Made by a program: the position numbers and the translations under genes
Notes under the pieces: generated by a model
Seen by the model: only the letters and a program-made list of their open reading frames with translations
What the model was told of the DNA's origin: nothing
The model's database searches: none
Shown here: in pieces, positions 1 to 10,290 of the stretch
Layout: every line of letters begins with the position of its first letter
Numbering within the stretch: position 1 is the stretch's first letter
DNA from: Bdellovibrionales bacterium
GTDB lineage: Bacteria > Bdellovibrionota > Bdellovibrionia > Bdellovibrionales > UBA1609
Length of the DNA stretch: 64,000 nt
Assembly (NCBI GenBank): GCA_965203095.1
Contig: OZ241877.1
Location: 1,376,001-1,440,000 of the forward strand
Reading direction: 5' to 3'

Positions 1-47
1 GCCTGAGCCTCTCACTCCCTCTAAAACACAAAAACCACAACTCATAA

Positions 48-686
48 TCACTCCACCAAATATAACAAAGGGAAAAGATAAATCCAAATCAGATCCACTA
101 AATGCCAAAAAAGCCCCACATACTCTAAAGCATTGTAGCGATCCGGCCCAACTTGCCCTCTATAAGCCCGTATCAACATCCATAAAATCAAAGACAAACC
201 TATAATCACATGGCTGGCGTGCAAACCCGTCATCAAATAATAAAAAGAAAAATAAAGTGGCAAGCCCTCCACAAAGCCCTCTCCTGTGTAAGAAAAAAAT
301 CCCCCTGGAAAAATCCCTACATGAAATTTATGAGAATATTCCACATATTTTATAAACATAAACAAAAGCCCACAAACCAAAGTTGCTAAAAGCATATACC
401 GGCACTGAGGCAATTTGTTTTTTTGAGCAAAAAAGATGCTCATAGCCATTGTGAAAGAGCTGACTAAAAGAACAACGGTATTGATAGCCCCCTTTTTCCA
501 ATCTAAAAAATGAGAACCAGCTTTAAAAACCTCTGGATATTCCCCATGGTAGATAACATAGCCCACAAATAACCCGCCAAACATTAAGATCTCTGTTGCC
601 AAAAAAAGCCACATGCCCAATTTTTCAGCTGAAAGCTGTTGCTTATAATTATCAAAATGATGGGCCTTGTTTTCCGAGGGATTCAT
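48..686 (-). CDS. coxC: Cytochrome c oxidase subunit III
   Basis: GMWLFLATEILMFGGLF, TGLHASHV and FWHLVDLIWIYLFPLLY motifs; follows subunit I. Confidence 0.95.
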   Translation of the reverse strand: MNPSENKAHHFDNYKQQLSAEKLGMWLFLATEILMFGGLFVGYVIYHGEYPEVFKAGSHFLDWKKGAINTVVLLVSSFTMAMSIFFAQKNKLPQCRYMLLATLVCGLLFMFIKYVEYSHKFHVGIFPGGFFSYTGEGFVEGLPLYFSFYYLMTGLHASHVIIGLSLILWMLIRAYRGQVGPDRYNALEYVGLFWHLVDLIWIYLFPLLYLVE

Positions 687-692
687 AATGCT

Positions 693-2276
693 TTACTCAT
701 AAGCCTCTTTGCTCACATGAGGAGTTTGCTCAAAATTTTCATGAGGGGGAGGAGAAGAGGTTTGCCATTCCAAAGTTTTTGCCCCCCATGGGTTGGAGCT
801 GGCCTTCTTCCCTTTTAACATTCCATGAACTAAAGTCCAAAGAGCCACAATAAAGCCTGTGGCAATAAGCCAAGATCCCACAGTAGAAACTTGATTTAAA
901 GCCTCATAAGGGGGGATATAGTCCGCATAGCGCCGGGGCATTCCCTCAACGCCTAAAATAAATTGAGGGAAAAAAGTCACATTAAAGCCAATAAAAATAA
1001 AAGCAAAACTAATTTGCCCCGCCAGCTCATTATAAAGTCGCCCAAACATTTTAGGGAACCAGTAATAAAAACCACCCATAATCCCCATAATCGTCCCCCC
1101 CACCATGACATAATGAAAATGAGCCACAACAAAATAAGTGTCGTGGACATGAATATCAAAAGGGAGCACAGCTAACATAATGCCTGTGACTCCTCCTATC
1201 AAAAACAAAAATAAAAAACCCAAAGCGTAAAGGAAGGGAGTATCAAAACTAAGAGAACCTTTAACCATAGTGGCCACCCAGTTAAAAATTTTAACTGCTG
1301 TAGGAACACCCACTAAAACCGTGAGGAAAGAAAATATAATTCCCGCCCAAGCTGATTGTCCACTAACAAACATGTGATGCCCCCAAACAAAAAAACTCAC
1401 CCCCGCAATACCTAAGCTGGCAAAAACAACGGCCTTGTATCCAAAAATTTTCTGCCGGGAAAAGGCGGACATCAATTCGCTAATCACCCCCATAGCTGGC
1501 AAAATCATAATATAAACCGCTGGATGAGAATAAAACCAAAAAAAATGTTGAAACAATACAGGGTCGCCTCCTTTTTCTGGATTAAAAATCCCCACATCCA
1601 GTAGTCTTTCCCCAATGAGAAGTAAAAGAGTAATGGCCAAAACAGGTGTAGCCAAAATTTGAATGATAGCCGTAGAGTAAAGAGACCAAACAAAAAGAGG
1701 CATGCGAAAAAAAGACATCCCCGGTGCCCTCAGTTTGTGAATTGTCACGATAAAATTCAAACCTGTTAAAATAGAGGAAAAGCCAATAATAAAAGCTCCA
1801 AGGACTACAGGGATAACCGCAGTGTTTGTTTCAATGCTATAAGGGGTGTAAAATGTCCAGCCGGTATCCACTCCTCCAAGGAATAAAGACAGCACAGCCA
1901 CAAAAGATCCTATCAGCAAACAATACCAGCTGAGAAGATTGATCTTGGGGAAGGCCACATCTTTTGCTCCAATTTGAAGTGGCAAAACAAAGTTCCCCAG
2001 GAAGGCAGGGATGCCGGGAATAATGACCATAAAAACCATAATGGCCCCATGGTAGGTCATTATCTGATTGTAAAGGGCGGAGTTTACGATGGTTTCGCCC
2101 ACTTTAAAAAGCTCTAAGCGAATCAAAAGGGCAAAAATCCCACCCACCAAAAAGAAAGAAAAAACAGTGATCATATAAAGGATACCAATCCGCTTATGAT
2201 CCACTGTAAAAAGCCATGAACCGATGCCTTTTTTCCAGTTGAGATAGTTTTTTCCTTCAGGCATATTTCCTCTCAT
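693..2276 (-). CDS. coxA: Cytochrome c oxidase subunit I
   Basis: [24 protein letters not shown] and VVAHFHYV heme-copper motifs. Confidence 0.97.
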   Translation of the reverse strand: MRGNMPEGKNYLNWKKGIGSWLFTVDHKRIGILYMITVFSFFLVGGIFALLIRLELFKVGETIVNSALYNQIMTYHGAIMVFMVIIPGIPAFLGNFVLPLQIGAKDVAFPKINLLSWYCLLIGSFVAVLSLFLGGVDTGWTFYTPYSIETNTAVIPVVLGAFIIGFSSILTGLNFIVTIHKLRAPGMSFFRMPLFVWSLYSTAIIQILATPVLAITLLLLIGERLLDVGIFNPEKGGDPVLFQHFFWFYSHPAVYIMILPAMGVISELMSAFSRQKIFGYKAVVFASLGIAGVSFFVWGHHMFVSGQSAWAGIIFSFLTVLVGVPTAVKIFNWVATMVKGSLSFDTPFLYALGFLFLFLIGGVTGIMLAVLPFDIHVHDTYFVVAHFHYVMVGGTIMGIMGGFYYWFPKMFGRLYNELAGQISFAFIFIGFNVTFFPQFILGVEGMPRRYADYIPPYEALNQVSTVGSWLIATGFIVALWTLVHGMLKGKKASSNPWGAKTLEWQTSSPPPHENFEQTPHVSKEAYE

Positions 2277-3160
2277 TTTAGGGTTTTGATATATTCCACC
2301 AAACCCGCGAGTTCCTCTTCCGACAGCAGTCCGGCAAAGGGGGTCATTTGGTTGGAATAACCTTGGACCAACTGGGCCCCAGGGTTCAGTATAGATTCTC
2401 TAATATAATTTTCATCTGCCATAATAGATTGCCCATTTTGTAAGAGTCTTGTCTTTTTATAAAGACCTGCAAGCCCTGGCCCAATCAGTTTTTCCGTTGT
2501 CACATGATGGCAAACCGCACAACGGCCCTGATAGGCTTTCTCCCCAACCTCTGACAAAGACAGCCCTTTATAAGGATCTGTTTTAAGCCAATTTTCCCAA
2601 TCCTTCAAGGGAAGAACATGAAGTTTAGCAATCATTTGTGAATGGCCCGTGCCACAAAGCTCCGCACAAAAAACATGAAAGCTCCCCTCTCTTTTTGCAT
2701 GAAACCAAAGGGCTGTGTATCGGCCAGGAACCGCATCCTGTTTGATTTTGAAAGCGGGGATAAAAAAACTATGGATGACATCTCTGGAAGTGAGAATCAG
2801 CCGGACCGGGCGATCAGAGGGAACATAAAGCTCATTTGTGGTTTTTCGCCCATTTTTATAGACAAACTCCCAACTCCACATTTGCCCAAAAACATGAATT
2901 TCTAAACTATTTGATGGTGTCCGGTTAAAATCTTTATAGAGAACCCACCCCCAAGCAAAGGCGACAATAAAAATCACAAAGGGAATAAAGCTCCACACTA
3001 TCTCCAAAGGGAGATGGTGGTGTTGCTGGGCATGGCCCTCTTCGTCAATGGTTTTCCTTCTATAACGAAAGGCAAAATACACAAAAGCAAAAATAATGAG
3101 GACACAAGAGATCAGGCTGGAATAGATCAAAAAATCCTCCAACCGGCCCAAGTGGGCCAC
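2273..3160 (-). CDS. coxB: Cytochrome c oxidase subunit II with C-terminal cytochrome c domain; true start uncertain
   Basis: DVIHSF...[12 protein letters not shown]uA motif and a CAVCH heme motif; frame stays open upstream of the GTG to about 3280. Confidence 0.93.
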   Translation of the reverse strand: MAHLGRLEDFLIYSSLISCVLIIFAFVYFAFRYRRKTIDEEGHAQQHHHLPLEIVWSFIPFVIFIVAFAWGWVLYKDFNRTPSNSLEIHVFGQMWSWEFVYKNGRKTTNELYVPSDRPVRLILTSRDVIHSFFIPAFKIKQDAVPGRYTALWFHAKREGSFHVFCAELCGTGHSQMIAKLHVLPLKDWENWLKTDPYKGLSLSEVGEKAYQGRCAVCHHVTTEKLIGPGLAGLYKKTRLLQNGQSIMADENYIRESILNPGAQLVQGYSNQMTPFAGLLSEEELAGLVEYIKTLK

Positions 3161-3242
3161 ATAATCCGTAGGAGCTGAATCTTTTTTCTCAGCTAAAGAT
3201 TTCGCTAAAGATTTTCCAGGGCAATAAAAAAAAAATAAAATG

Positions 3243-4091
3243 TTAAGAATTTTTCCTCCCTTCTTTAATCCAAGTGGGGATTAAAAGAAAAAGTAAAGCC
3301 AATATGATCAACACCCCGCCAGCCTTCATGATGTTGCCCGCATAAAGGCTGTATTTGTTCTCCTCTGGATTAAAGCGATAGCAAAAAAGCACAATTCGAT
3401 CAATCATATTTCCTATTTTACCCGCCCCTCCCTCTAAAAGGGATAGTTTTAAAGTTTTGGCTGAAAATTGCACCCCATAGAGATAGCGGGATAGCTTTCC
3501 TTTAGGGCTGAGGACATAAGCCACAGGGCTGTGGGCAAACTGCAAAGTCTCCTCATCCCAGCGAAAAGCAAAACCTAAGCTTTTAGAGAGCTTTTTAATG
3601 TCCGGCTCTCTGCCTGTTAAAAAGTGAACTCTATCCTTTTTCAGTTGAGGAAATTTTTTAAGATAATTGGCTTTTTTCTCCTGGGCTAAAGGGGGCTTTT
3701 CTTTATGATCCATACTCACAATCACCAACTGATAGGGTATTCTTTGAGAGAGCTGGTTTAAGCCCTCAAACAGGCCGTTGAGATGAAAGTTGCAGAGGCT
3801 GGGGCAGTTGTAATAGACAATACTCATCAAAACCGGTTCTTTACCGAACCAACTTTTTAGAGCACGGCTTTGGCCCTGCTCATCCACAAAAGAGAGCTGA
3901 AGATCAATAAAAGTGCCCAACTGCTCTTTAACAGCCAAGTTTTGTAGGGCTTGTGGGGCTTCGTCTGCCCGGTAAGCCTTTTCCGCTAAAGAGGGCAAAG
4001 CCAAAAGCAGGCCACTATAAAGCTTGAGAGGCAAACTCTTCCAATTCCTTTTCATTATCCGGAACCTTATTTTTTGTGAGAGATCGAACAT
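3243..4091 (-). CDS. SCO family copper chaperone; likely start about 4055
   Basis: YYNCPSLC (CxxxC), FAHS, LSRYLYG; located in the cox operon. Confidence 0.9.
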   Translation of the reverse strand: MFDLSQKIRFRIMKRNWKSLPLKLYSGLLLALPSLAEKAYRADEAPQALQNLAVKEQLGTFIDLQLSFVDEQGQSRALKSWFGKEPVLMSIVYYNCPSLCNFHLNGLFEGLNQLSQRIPYQLVIVSMDHKEKPPLAQEKKANYLKKFPQLKKDRVHFLTGREPDIKKLSKSLGFAFRWDEETLQFAHSPVAYVLSPKGKLSRYLYGVQFSAKTLKLSLLEGGAGKIGNMIDRIVLFCYRFNPEENKYSLYAGNIMKAGGVLIILALLFLLIPTWIKEGRKNS

Positions 4092-4584
4092 AATGAACCA
4101 AAGCCCAGCGATCCAGCTTGGGCAAGTGTTTAAACGAAAGCATAGATGAACCAGTGATGCCTTTTTGCAAAGTAATAAACAGGTTTTTAGAAGAGCCTCC
4201 TTTTGTCCATTTCCCCTCCACTAAATCCCTGGGAGGGGGGATGAGGCCGGGGGTGCCATCCCCTAAACCATTAGGGCCATGGCAGAGGGCACATTGAGCT
4301 TTATAAACCTTGCTCCCATAAGCAATTAGATTGTCTGAAGGGTGCCAGGGCCGGGCCTCCTCCTCTGGACTCAAGTTGAGAGCTGGAGAAGAGGCTTGAG
4401 CACTATCTTTATATTCTCCTAAGTCAATAGAGTTTTTTACTGTCAGAAAATAAATGGCCCATAAGCAACTCAAACCCATAGTGCTTAGAAAAAAGAAAAA
4501 TCCCAACCTGTTGTAAAAGTTTTTAGATTGTCTTTGGTTCATTGTGATGGAATCCATATAGTCGCCCATTGGCATTTTTGTCAA
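4015..4584 (-). CDS. Membrane-anchored c-type cytochrome; likely start 4542
   Basis: N-terminal TM helix, CALCH heme motif, distal Met in GSSMLSF. Confidence 0.88.
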   Translation of the reverse strand: MTKMPMGDYMDSITMNQRQSKNFYNRLGFFFFLSTMGLSCLWAIYFLTVKNSIDLGEYKDSAQASSPALNLSPEEEARPWHPSDNLIAYGSKVYKAQCALCHGPNGLGDGTPGLIPPPRDLVEGKWTKGGSSKNLFITLQKGITGSSMLSFKHLPKLDRWALVHYVRSLTKNKVPDNEKELEEFASQAL

Positions 4585-4630
4585 GCTTTAGCTTTTGTGG
4601 AAAAAGAAGTTTTTTAGCCAATTCCATTTT

Positions 4631-4818
4631 ATCGCCTATGAAAAATCTCTATAATTCACAGGGGATTCTTCAGCTTCTTTGCCTAAAGGTCCGTCCCATT
4701 TCGGGACGGCAATACCTTGGACCATCACCGGACGGCCTTTAAGCAAAAGTGATTGAAAAGCCTGACCCTGTAAAAACAGGGGACGAGAGGGACTAACTGA
4801 GGATTTTTCACAGGCGAT
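4631..4818 (+). mobile_element. Palindromic MITE/RPE-like element, copy A (stem type I)
   Basis: Terminal IRs ATCGCCTATGAAAAATC / GATTTTTCACAGGCGAT; inner stem 4678-4696 with 4730-4747; core AATACCTTGGACC at 4711-4723. Confidence 0.8.
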
Positions 4819-4857
4819 TATTTAATTCTCTAAGTTCATCTTTCCCGTGAAATCCCA

Positions 4858-4884
4858 GTCATCCCCGTGAAAGCGGGAATCCAG
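4858..4884 (+). repeat. REP-like short palindrome (GTCATyCCCGTGAAAGCGGGAATCCAG family)
   Basis: Related copies at 20710, 20784, 38857, 58104 and 63480. Confidence 0.75.
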
Positions 4885-4966
4885 GAATCTTTGCCTTTGG
4901 GCAAAGCCTGCTAACAAAACTATTGACAAGCTCTTAAATCAGCGGATAGCTATTTAAAATAAGGGT

Positions 4967-5239
4967 ATGAATTTTAAAATCTTTTTCATTAGTTTTTGTC
5001 TTTTTTTGAGTGCTTGCCATACTCATTCTGTTATTCGTGATCTCCCTCATCGTGCCACCAAATCAAAAATTTTAAAAGTATTGGGCCAACCCTTTAAAAT
5101 AAAAAGAAAAGATGGTAATGACCATTGGATATATAAAATGGTCATTGATGGAAGGCATTACACCAGAACTTTGGTAATAAAACAGGGGCGACTTTACAAA
5201 AAGGGACCGCTCAAGCCTTTCTCTTTAAAAAAATTTTAG
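4967..5239 (+). CDS. Small lipoprotein, SmpA/BamE-like
   Basis: Lipobox LSAC; TKSKILKVLGQP...W.Y pattern. Confidence 0.6.
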   Translation: MNFKIFFISFCLFLSACHTHSVIRDLPHRATKSKILKVLGQPFKIKRKDGNDHWIYKMVIDGRHYTRTLVIKQGRLYKKGPLKPFSLKKF

Positions 5240-6045
5240 GGGCTGGCCGATCCAGCGTCTTCCACAGGGCTTTGCTCCCAAGAAATTTTTAAAGGACAAC
5301 CCATTAAAGAGAGCACAATAACATAAGCTTGAACAGGGGAGATTTTTGCTATTTTGATTTTTCCCTCTTTTATGAGGTCCTTCTCACTTGCTTCTTCAAA
5401 TAAAGGGAGATTTAAGTGCTCATCTTTTAAAACTGCCAGAACCTTCTCCTTTGTATCTTGAGAATTGATTTCGCTCAAAATCAAATCATACACAAAAGGG
5501 CCTTGTTCTGTAGATGAAGTGCCAGCAAATTGAGCCACTTCAGAAAAATCTTCTTTTTCCTTGTTTTCTGCCTCTGCCGAGCTTTCTACAGCAGGACCTT
5601 CTTCCTGAAAGGGGAAATCCTTCTCTTCATTATTTGATGAGGGTTCAGCCCCTTCAGCCGATTCGTTTTCTGACTCTGAGGAGGAGGGCACAGGCTCTTC
5701 CGGAGTTGGGGCTTCTTCCTCCTCTTTAACAGATGAAATTTCATCTGTTTTTGAGAGGGGGGACTCCTTTTCTATATCCGATTCTATATCAGCTTCTTCT
5801 GGCATTTTAAGCTCTGGAACTTTTGTGACTTCATCAGGAAAATCCTCCTCTTCTGGAAGAGGTTCTATGGAGGAGGGAGGCTTTTCTCCCTCCTCTGAGG
5901 GGTCCGGAATTTGGCCTTGGCTTAAAACTTCACATTGGCCTTTTTTTAATAGAAGGGAAGAGCCACAGTGAGGGCAATCATAATAAACTTCCTCCTGTGT
6001 GGGGGCAGGAGATTCCCATTCATTGGCACAAACAGGGCATTCCAT
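5236..6045 (-). CDS. Zinc-ribbon protein with long acidic linker
   Basis: CPVC...CPHC at N-terminus, E/P/S-rich middle, globular C-terminus. Confidence 0.7.
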   Translation of the reverse strand: MECPVCANEWESPAPTQEEVYYDCPHCGSSLLLKKGQCEVLSQGQIPDPSEEGEKPPSSIEPLPEEEDFPDEVTKVPELKMPEEADIESDIEKESPLSKTDEISSVKEEEEAPTPEEPVPSSSESENESAEGAEPSSNNEEKDFPFQEEGPAVESSAEAENKEKEDFSEVAQFAGTSSTEQGPFVYDLILSEINSQDTKEKVLAVLKDEHLNLPLFEEASEKDLIKEGKIKIAKISPVQAYVIVLSLMGCPLKISWEQSPVEDAGSASP

Positions 6046-6190
6046 AAAAAAACCTCTTTTTTATAAATGGCATATATTTTTATAATATAACATAAAAATT
6101 CTATCAAACTTTACATAGCTTCCCAGAAAAACCAGAAAAAACTATTTTCCCGACTTTTTCGTCTTATTTTGTAGGAAAAGTTTTGAGCTT

Positions 6191-7240
6191 ATGAAAAGAG
6201 GCTTTTTTTCCGATAAACTTATTAGGATGGTTTTTTTTAAAAAAAAATTCATAAAGCTCTCTAAAAGTAGGGGCCAAGCCACAATGGAATACATTTTGCT
6301 TATTGCTGTGGTTGTGGCCATTTTTGTTGTTTTTAAAAAATATGGAGAGGGATTGATGGGTTTTTCTGCAAGGATGGTTGGTCCAGATGGCTATTACGGT
6401 TGCTTGCTAAAGAAGGGGCAGTTGCCCGGAAACCCTTGTGGTTCCCAAAACCTCGATCCACAGGCACTTTTTGACCAACATGTATCAGGAGCTCTCAGCA
6501 GTTATGACTCTTCCCAGCAGGGTCCTGGTTCCAGATCGGGGCCGGGATCCCAACCTGGCAGTCTCAACGGGGGACCAAATTCTTCCACAGATTCGGGGGA
6601 AAATGCTTTCAGCAGTGCTAATTCTTCTTCAGCTGGCAATAATTCTCGAAATAGGAGATCCCATAGGCATAAGATAGGCAAGGCTCGCTCTTTGTCCAGT
6701 AAAAGTAAAGTGGGAGGAGAAGGCAGTGGAGGGAGCACAGATGGAGAATCGGCCAGCTCAGATGATGGGAGTTTTGCTGGAAGTTCCTCCTTCCCCGCCA
6801 TTTCATCTGATGAAAAAAGAAGGGCAAAAAGAAAGAAAAAGCGAAAAAAAAGAAGTCGAGCCAGAAGAGGTGACGGGAATATTGCCGGAGGCTTTAAAAA
6901 GAAAAAAAAGCAGAGAAGAGCCTCTGCCCGGTTCCCGGTGGCCAGAGGAGAGGGCTACTTAGGCGATCAGTTTTATGAAGAGGATATGGAAGAAAGAGAA
7001 GATAAAGGCTTTAAAGGGGGGACAACAAGCCAAAAAAAAGGTTCTGATGGCATAGAAGAAAAACAAGATAAACAATTAATTTCAGATAAAAAAGCCTCAG
7101 CCACAAACCAAGGGCTAAAAGATGATGAATATGGCTTTAAATTCAATAAATTTTTAAAATATTTGGTGATCGCGGCTATGATTATCGCTGTAATTATTGT
7201 GGTTTTCTCTCAAATAATGGAATATCAGAGTCGGGATTGA
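6191..7240 (+). CDS. Flp/Tad prepilin-like N-terminus, low-complexity body, C-terminal TM; likely start 6227
   Basis: RGQATMEYILLIAVVV class III signal motif; S/G-rich and K/R-rich tracts. Confidence 0.7.
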   Translation: MKRGFFSDKLIRMVFFKKKFIKLSKSRGQATMEYILLIAVVVAIFVVFKKYGEGLMGFSARMVGPDGYYGCLLKKGQLPGNPCGSQNLDPQALFDQHVSGALSSYDSSQQGPGSRSGPGSQPGSLNGGPNSSTDSGENAFSSANSSSAGNNSRNRRSHRHKIGKARSLSSKSKVGGEGSGGSTDGESASSDDGSFAGSSSFPAISSDEKRRAKRKKKRKKRSRARRGDGNIAGGFKKKKKQRRASARFPVARGEGYLGDQFYEEDMEEREDKGFKGGTTSQKKGSDGIEEKQDKQLISDKKASATNQGLKDDEYGFKFNKFLKYLVIAAMIIAVIIVVFSQIMEYQSRD

Positions 7241-7376
7241 TCTGTTAACAAAACTTCAGGTGTTATACAGCTCCAAAAAAGCGAACTGATAGGGGCTTTT
7301 AACCCGCAACTGACTTTTAAAGATTGACGGGAAAAAACTCCCGCCAATCTTACATAAATGACTTCGTCATTAAAAT

Positions 7377-7673
7377 TCAGGTTTTGATCATAGCTATTAC
7401 TAAGCAAAACAGCACAAGGGACTCAATCATAGCCAAAGCGACCATAAAAGGAACAAACATGCTTTTCCCCGCTTGGGGATTTCGAGCAATACCCTCCATT
7501 GCTGAAGCGGCCACTCTCCCTTGGGCCAAAGCTCCACCCAGTGCACCAAGAGAAATGGCCAGTGCAGAGGCCAGGGCCTTCATGCCAACATCTCCCCCGC
7601 TGGCAGATGATACATCCGCCGCATAAACACTGAATGGTAAAAGGCTAAAAACAGCCCATATCCAAAATCTCAT
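7377..7673 (-). CDS. atpE: ATP synthase F0 subunit c with N-terminal extension
   Basis: GALGGALAQG, ARNP loop and IES carboxylate; SD AGGAGG before ATG at 7673. Confidence 0.93.
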   Translation of the reverse strand: MRFWIWAVFSLLPFSVYAADVSSASGGDVGMKALASALAISLGALGGALAQGRVAASAMEGIARNPQAGKSMFVPFMVALAMIESLVLFCLVIAMIKT

Positions 7674-7703
7674 TTTTCCTCCTTTTTTTAAAGGTTTTGC
7701 CAC

Positions 7704-8393
7704 TTAATGATCATGAGAGATCGCCAAAGCCACATAAACCATAGAGAGAATAGTAAAAACAAAAGCCTGCAAAGTGCAAACAAAAAGTCCAAGAAAATAA
7801 AATATTATAGGGACGAGAAAGGGGGCCATATCCAAAAAAATGCTGATCACAACATGATCTCCCATCATATTGCCAAAAAGGCGAAAACCCAAACTGACAG
7901 AGCGAAACACATGGGATAACACTTCAATAAAGACAAATAGAGGAGCTAAAAAAAGAACAGGACCCAAAAACTGCTTAAAATAAGCCCAGCCATGCTCTTT
8001 TAAGCCATAATAATTGTAAGCTAAAAAGGAGAACAAGCCCAAAGCCAAAGTGGTATTGAGGTTTTGGCTGGGAGGCAAAAATCCAGGAACAAGCCCTAAA
8101 AGGTTTTGGACCCAAACAAACAAAAAGAAAAAGCAAAATAAAGGAATCATTTTCTGGCCATAAGGCCCGATTATGGAATCAGAAAGCTGGCTTATTTGCT
8201 CTACAAAAAGCTCAAAAAAGCCTTTAAGGTTAAATTTTCCTTCAGGGATATATCCTTTTTTTTTGTTTTTTAAAGCTCTGCTCGCAAAAAAAACCAAACA
8301 GAGTAAAAAAATGGCACAAAGCAGGCTGTAAATCCAATGATAAGAATCATGGGGAATCCAAGAAATCAAATCCACCCAAGTAAAATGGGACAT
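7704..8393 (-). CDS. atpB: ATP synthase F0 subunit a
   Basis: SLGFRLFGNM, LQAFVFTILS. Confidence 0.95.
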   Translation of the reverse strand: MSHFTWVDLISWIPHDSYHWIYSLLCAIFLLCLVFFASRALKNKKKGYIPEGKFNLKGFFELFVEQISQLSDSIIGPYGQKMIPLFCFFFLFVWVQNLLGLVPGFLPPSQNLNTTLALGLFSFLAYNYYGLKEHGWAYFKQFLGPVLFLAPLFVFIEVLSHVFRSVSLGFRLFGNMMGDHVVISIFLDMAPFLVPIIFYFLGLFVCTLQAFVFTILSMVYVALAISHDH

Positions 8394-8451
8394 ATATAGA
8401 CAGCTCCTTTTAACTGAGGGGGCCTCTTATAGAGACACCTTTGTTAATAAC

Positions 8452-8588
8452 TATTCCCCCATGAAAAAGTCCACTTTTTATAGATCGCATAAGCAAAAGT
8501 CCAGCTTGTTCGCGGGAAAAATACCTTGGACCCTCACCGCTGGCTTTTGCTTATGCGATAAAAGGCAGAGGCTTTTCACAGGCAACTA
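8452..8588 (+). mobile_element. Palindromic element copy B (stem type II)
   Basis: Stem ATCGCATAAGCAAAAGTCCAGC (8484-8505) / GCTGGCTTTTGCTTATGCGAT (8539-8559); core at 8520-8532; degenerate TIRs. Confidence 0.8.
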
Positions 8589-8689
8589 ACTCTTGTTTAT
8601 AGAAAAAAATTTTTTAAGCCAAGAAAAAACAGAGGCAAAAAGATTTTTTCAAAAAAGCAGGTCTTTCCCTCCTCTGGATTTTCAGCCTT

Positions 8690-10066
8690 TTATGGAATAG
8701 GCTCATTTATTACACGAGAAAATTCCGATTTAATTTGCTTAAGTTTTTTTTGATCAGAAGCAGAAAACCGCATGGACAAAAGGGGCTGAGTTTTCGAGAC
8801 TCTAAAAAGAGCATAACTTGAACTTCTGGAGAGGCGAACACCATCAATGGCGACAAAACTCTCTCCTCTTTGTTGAAGATAGGATTGAATTTGAGACAAT
8901 TTTTTTTTTGCCTCAGCCCAGGACATGTTTATGCGGATCTCCCTCGTCCCTACCCCAACAGTTTGAGGCATTAAAGCTTTTAAAGGTTGATTTTTTAAAG
9001 ATAAAAGCTCTAAAAGCCTTAAACTGGCATAAAGGGCATCATCTGATTCCCCTTGAGAGCCTTTTCGGTCATTAAAAAAAATATGCCCGCTAAACTCTAT
9101 CGCCAACTGGGCCTGAGTCCTCTCCATCTCTGCCCTTATCCTTGCATGCCCACTGGGGATCATTAAAATTTTAAAACCCTCTTTTTTTGCCAAGTTAAAA
9201 AACCAGTCAGAACATTTAACATCGGCTAAAATTAAAGCTCCTCTTTTTTTATCAAGACTTTTCAAAAATAAATAACCTAACTCATCTCCAAAAAGAAGTC
9301 GCCCTGCTTTATCCATCACAGACAAACGATCCCCGTCTCCGTCAAAACCTATACCTAACTCAAAACTCCCTTTTTTGATTTCCTTTTTGAGTTGAGAGAG
9401 ATTTTCTTCCAAAGTGGGATCGGGATGGTGATAAGGGAATCGGCCATCGGGCTGGTCAAAAAGAATTTTGGGATTTAACTGCAAAGCGGAAAATACTTTT
9501 TTAGCTAAAGGGCCTAAAGCCCCGCTACCGGTATCTATAACAAAGGGAGGAAATTTTTTTGCAGAAAATTCTTTTTTAATCCATTCAATATAAGCCTTTT
9601 CTTTTTCCAAGTTTAAATAAGTTCCCGATCTTTTTAAGGCTTTTTGCCTAACTGATTTTTTATTGAGCAGGAGATTTTTAATCCTTTTTATAGGATAAGG
9701 AATTTTATAGTTATGATGGAAAAGTATTTTAAAGCCGTTGTCTTCTGGAGGGTTATGGCTGGCTGTCACCACAACACAAGCAGTCAAATTGTAATGGTTC
9801 AGCAAAAAATAGCAGAGGGGGGAGGGGGCAAGCCCTATAAAAGCGACTTGAGCACCTTGGGCTACCAAATTCTTTGTGAGAGCTTGACTGATCTCCGGGC
9901 TGGAGAGGCGAGCGTCATGCCCCACTAAAAATTGAGGAGGCGAGGCCCCTTTTTGAAAAGACAGCTGGAAAAGGGCTAAGCTCAGATCTTTTGTAAAAGA
10001 GAGATCAAAATCTTTGTTATAGACACCGCGAATATCGTTGGCCCGAAAAATATGAGAAGAAAACAT
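8690..10066 (-). CDS. Phosphomannomutase/phosphoglucomutase
   Basis: IFRANDIRG, TASHNP, FDGDGDR, EFSGH. Confidence 0.93.
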   Translation of the reverse strand: MFSSHIFRANDIRGVYNKDFDLSFTKDLSLALFQLSFQKGASPPQFLVGHDARLSSPEISQALTKNLVAQGAQVAFIGLAPSPLCYFLLNHYNLTACVVVTASHNPPEDNGFKILFHHNYKIPYPIKRIKNLLLNKKSVRQKALKRSGTYLNLEKEKAYIEWIKKEFSAKKFPPFVIDTGSGALGPLAKKVFSALQLNPKILFDQPDGRFPYHHPDPTLEENLSQLKKEIKKGSFELGIGFDGDGDRLSVMDKAGRLLFGDELGYLFLKSLDKKRGALILADVKCSDWFFNLAKKEGFKILMIPSGHARIRAEMERTQAQLAIEFSGHIFFNDRKGSQGESDDALYASLRLLELLSLKNQPLKALMPQTVGVGTREIRINMSWAEAKKKLSQIQSYLQQRGESFVAIDGVRLSRSSSYALFRVSKTQPLLSMRFSASDQKKLKQIKSEFSRVINEPIP

Positions 10067-10290
10067 AAAAATTTTAAACCTGCTCTTTAGTTAAGTTAAG
10101 CCAGCCTATAGTCTGTAAAACAGGACTTAAGCTGATTTATACCCCCCTTTAGTCTAAAATGATAGCACTAAAAAAACCTCATTCCAAAAGGTTAAAGGAG
10201 ATAAAATAAAAAACTCTTAATAATTAAAGAGTTTAAGAAACAGATCTCTTAAAGCATTTTTTTGAAAGCAGGTTTTTGCCATTTTATTTT

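Noticed and set aside
1..47. Cytochrome oxidase subunit IV start
   Set aside because: Too short, and the translation is not recognisable
7377..7673. Na+-coupled ATP synthase c-ring
   Set aside because: Q and ES are present, but the following T and Y of the Na+ signature are replaced (ESLVLF), so ion specificity cannot be called
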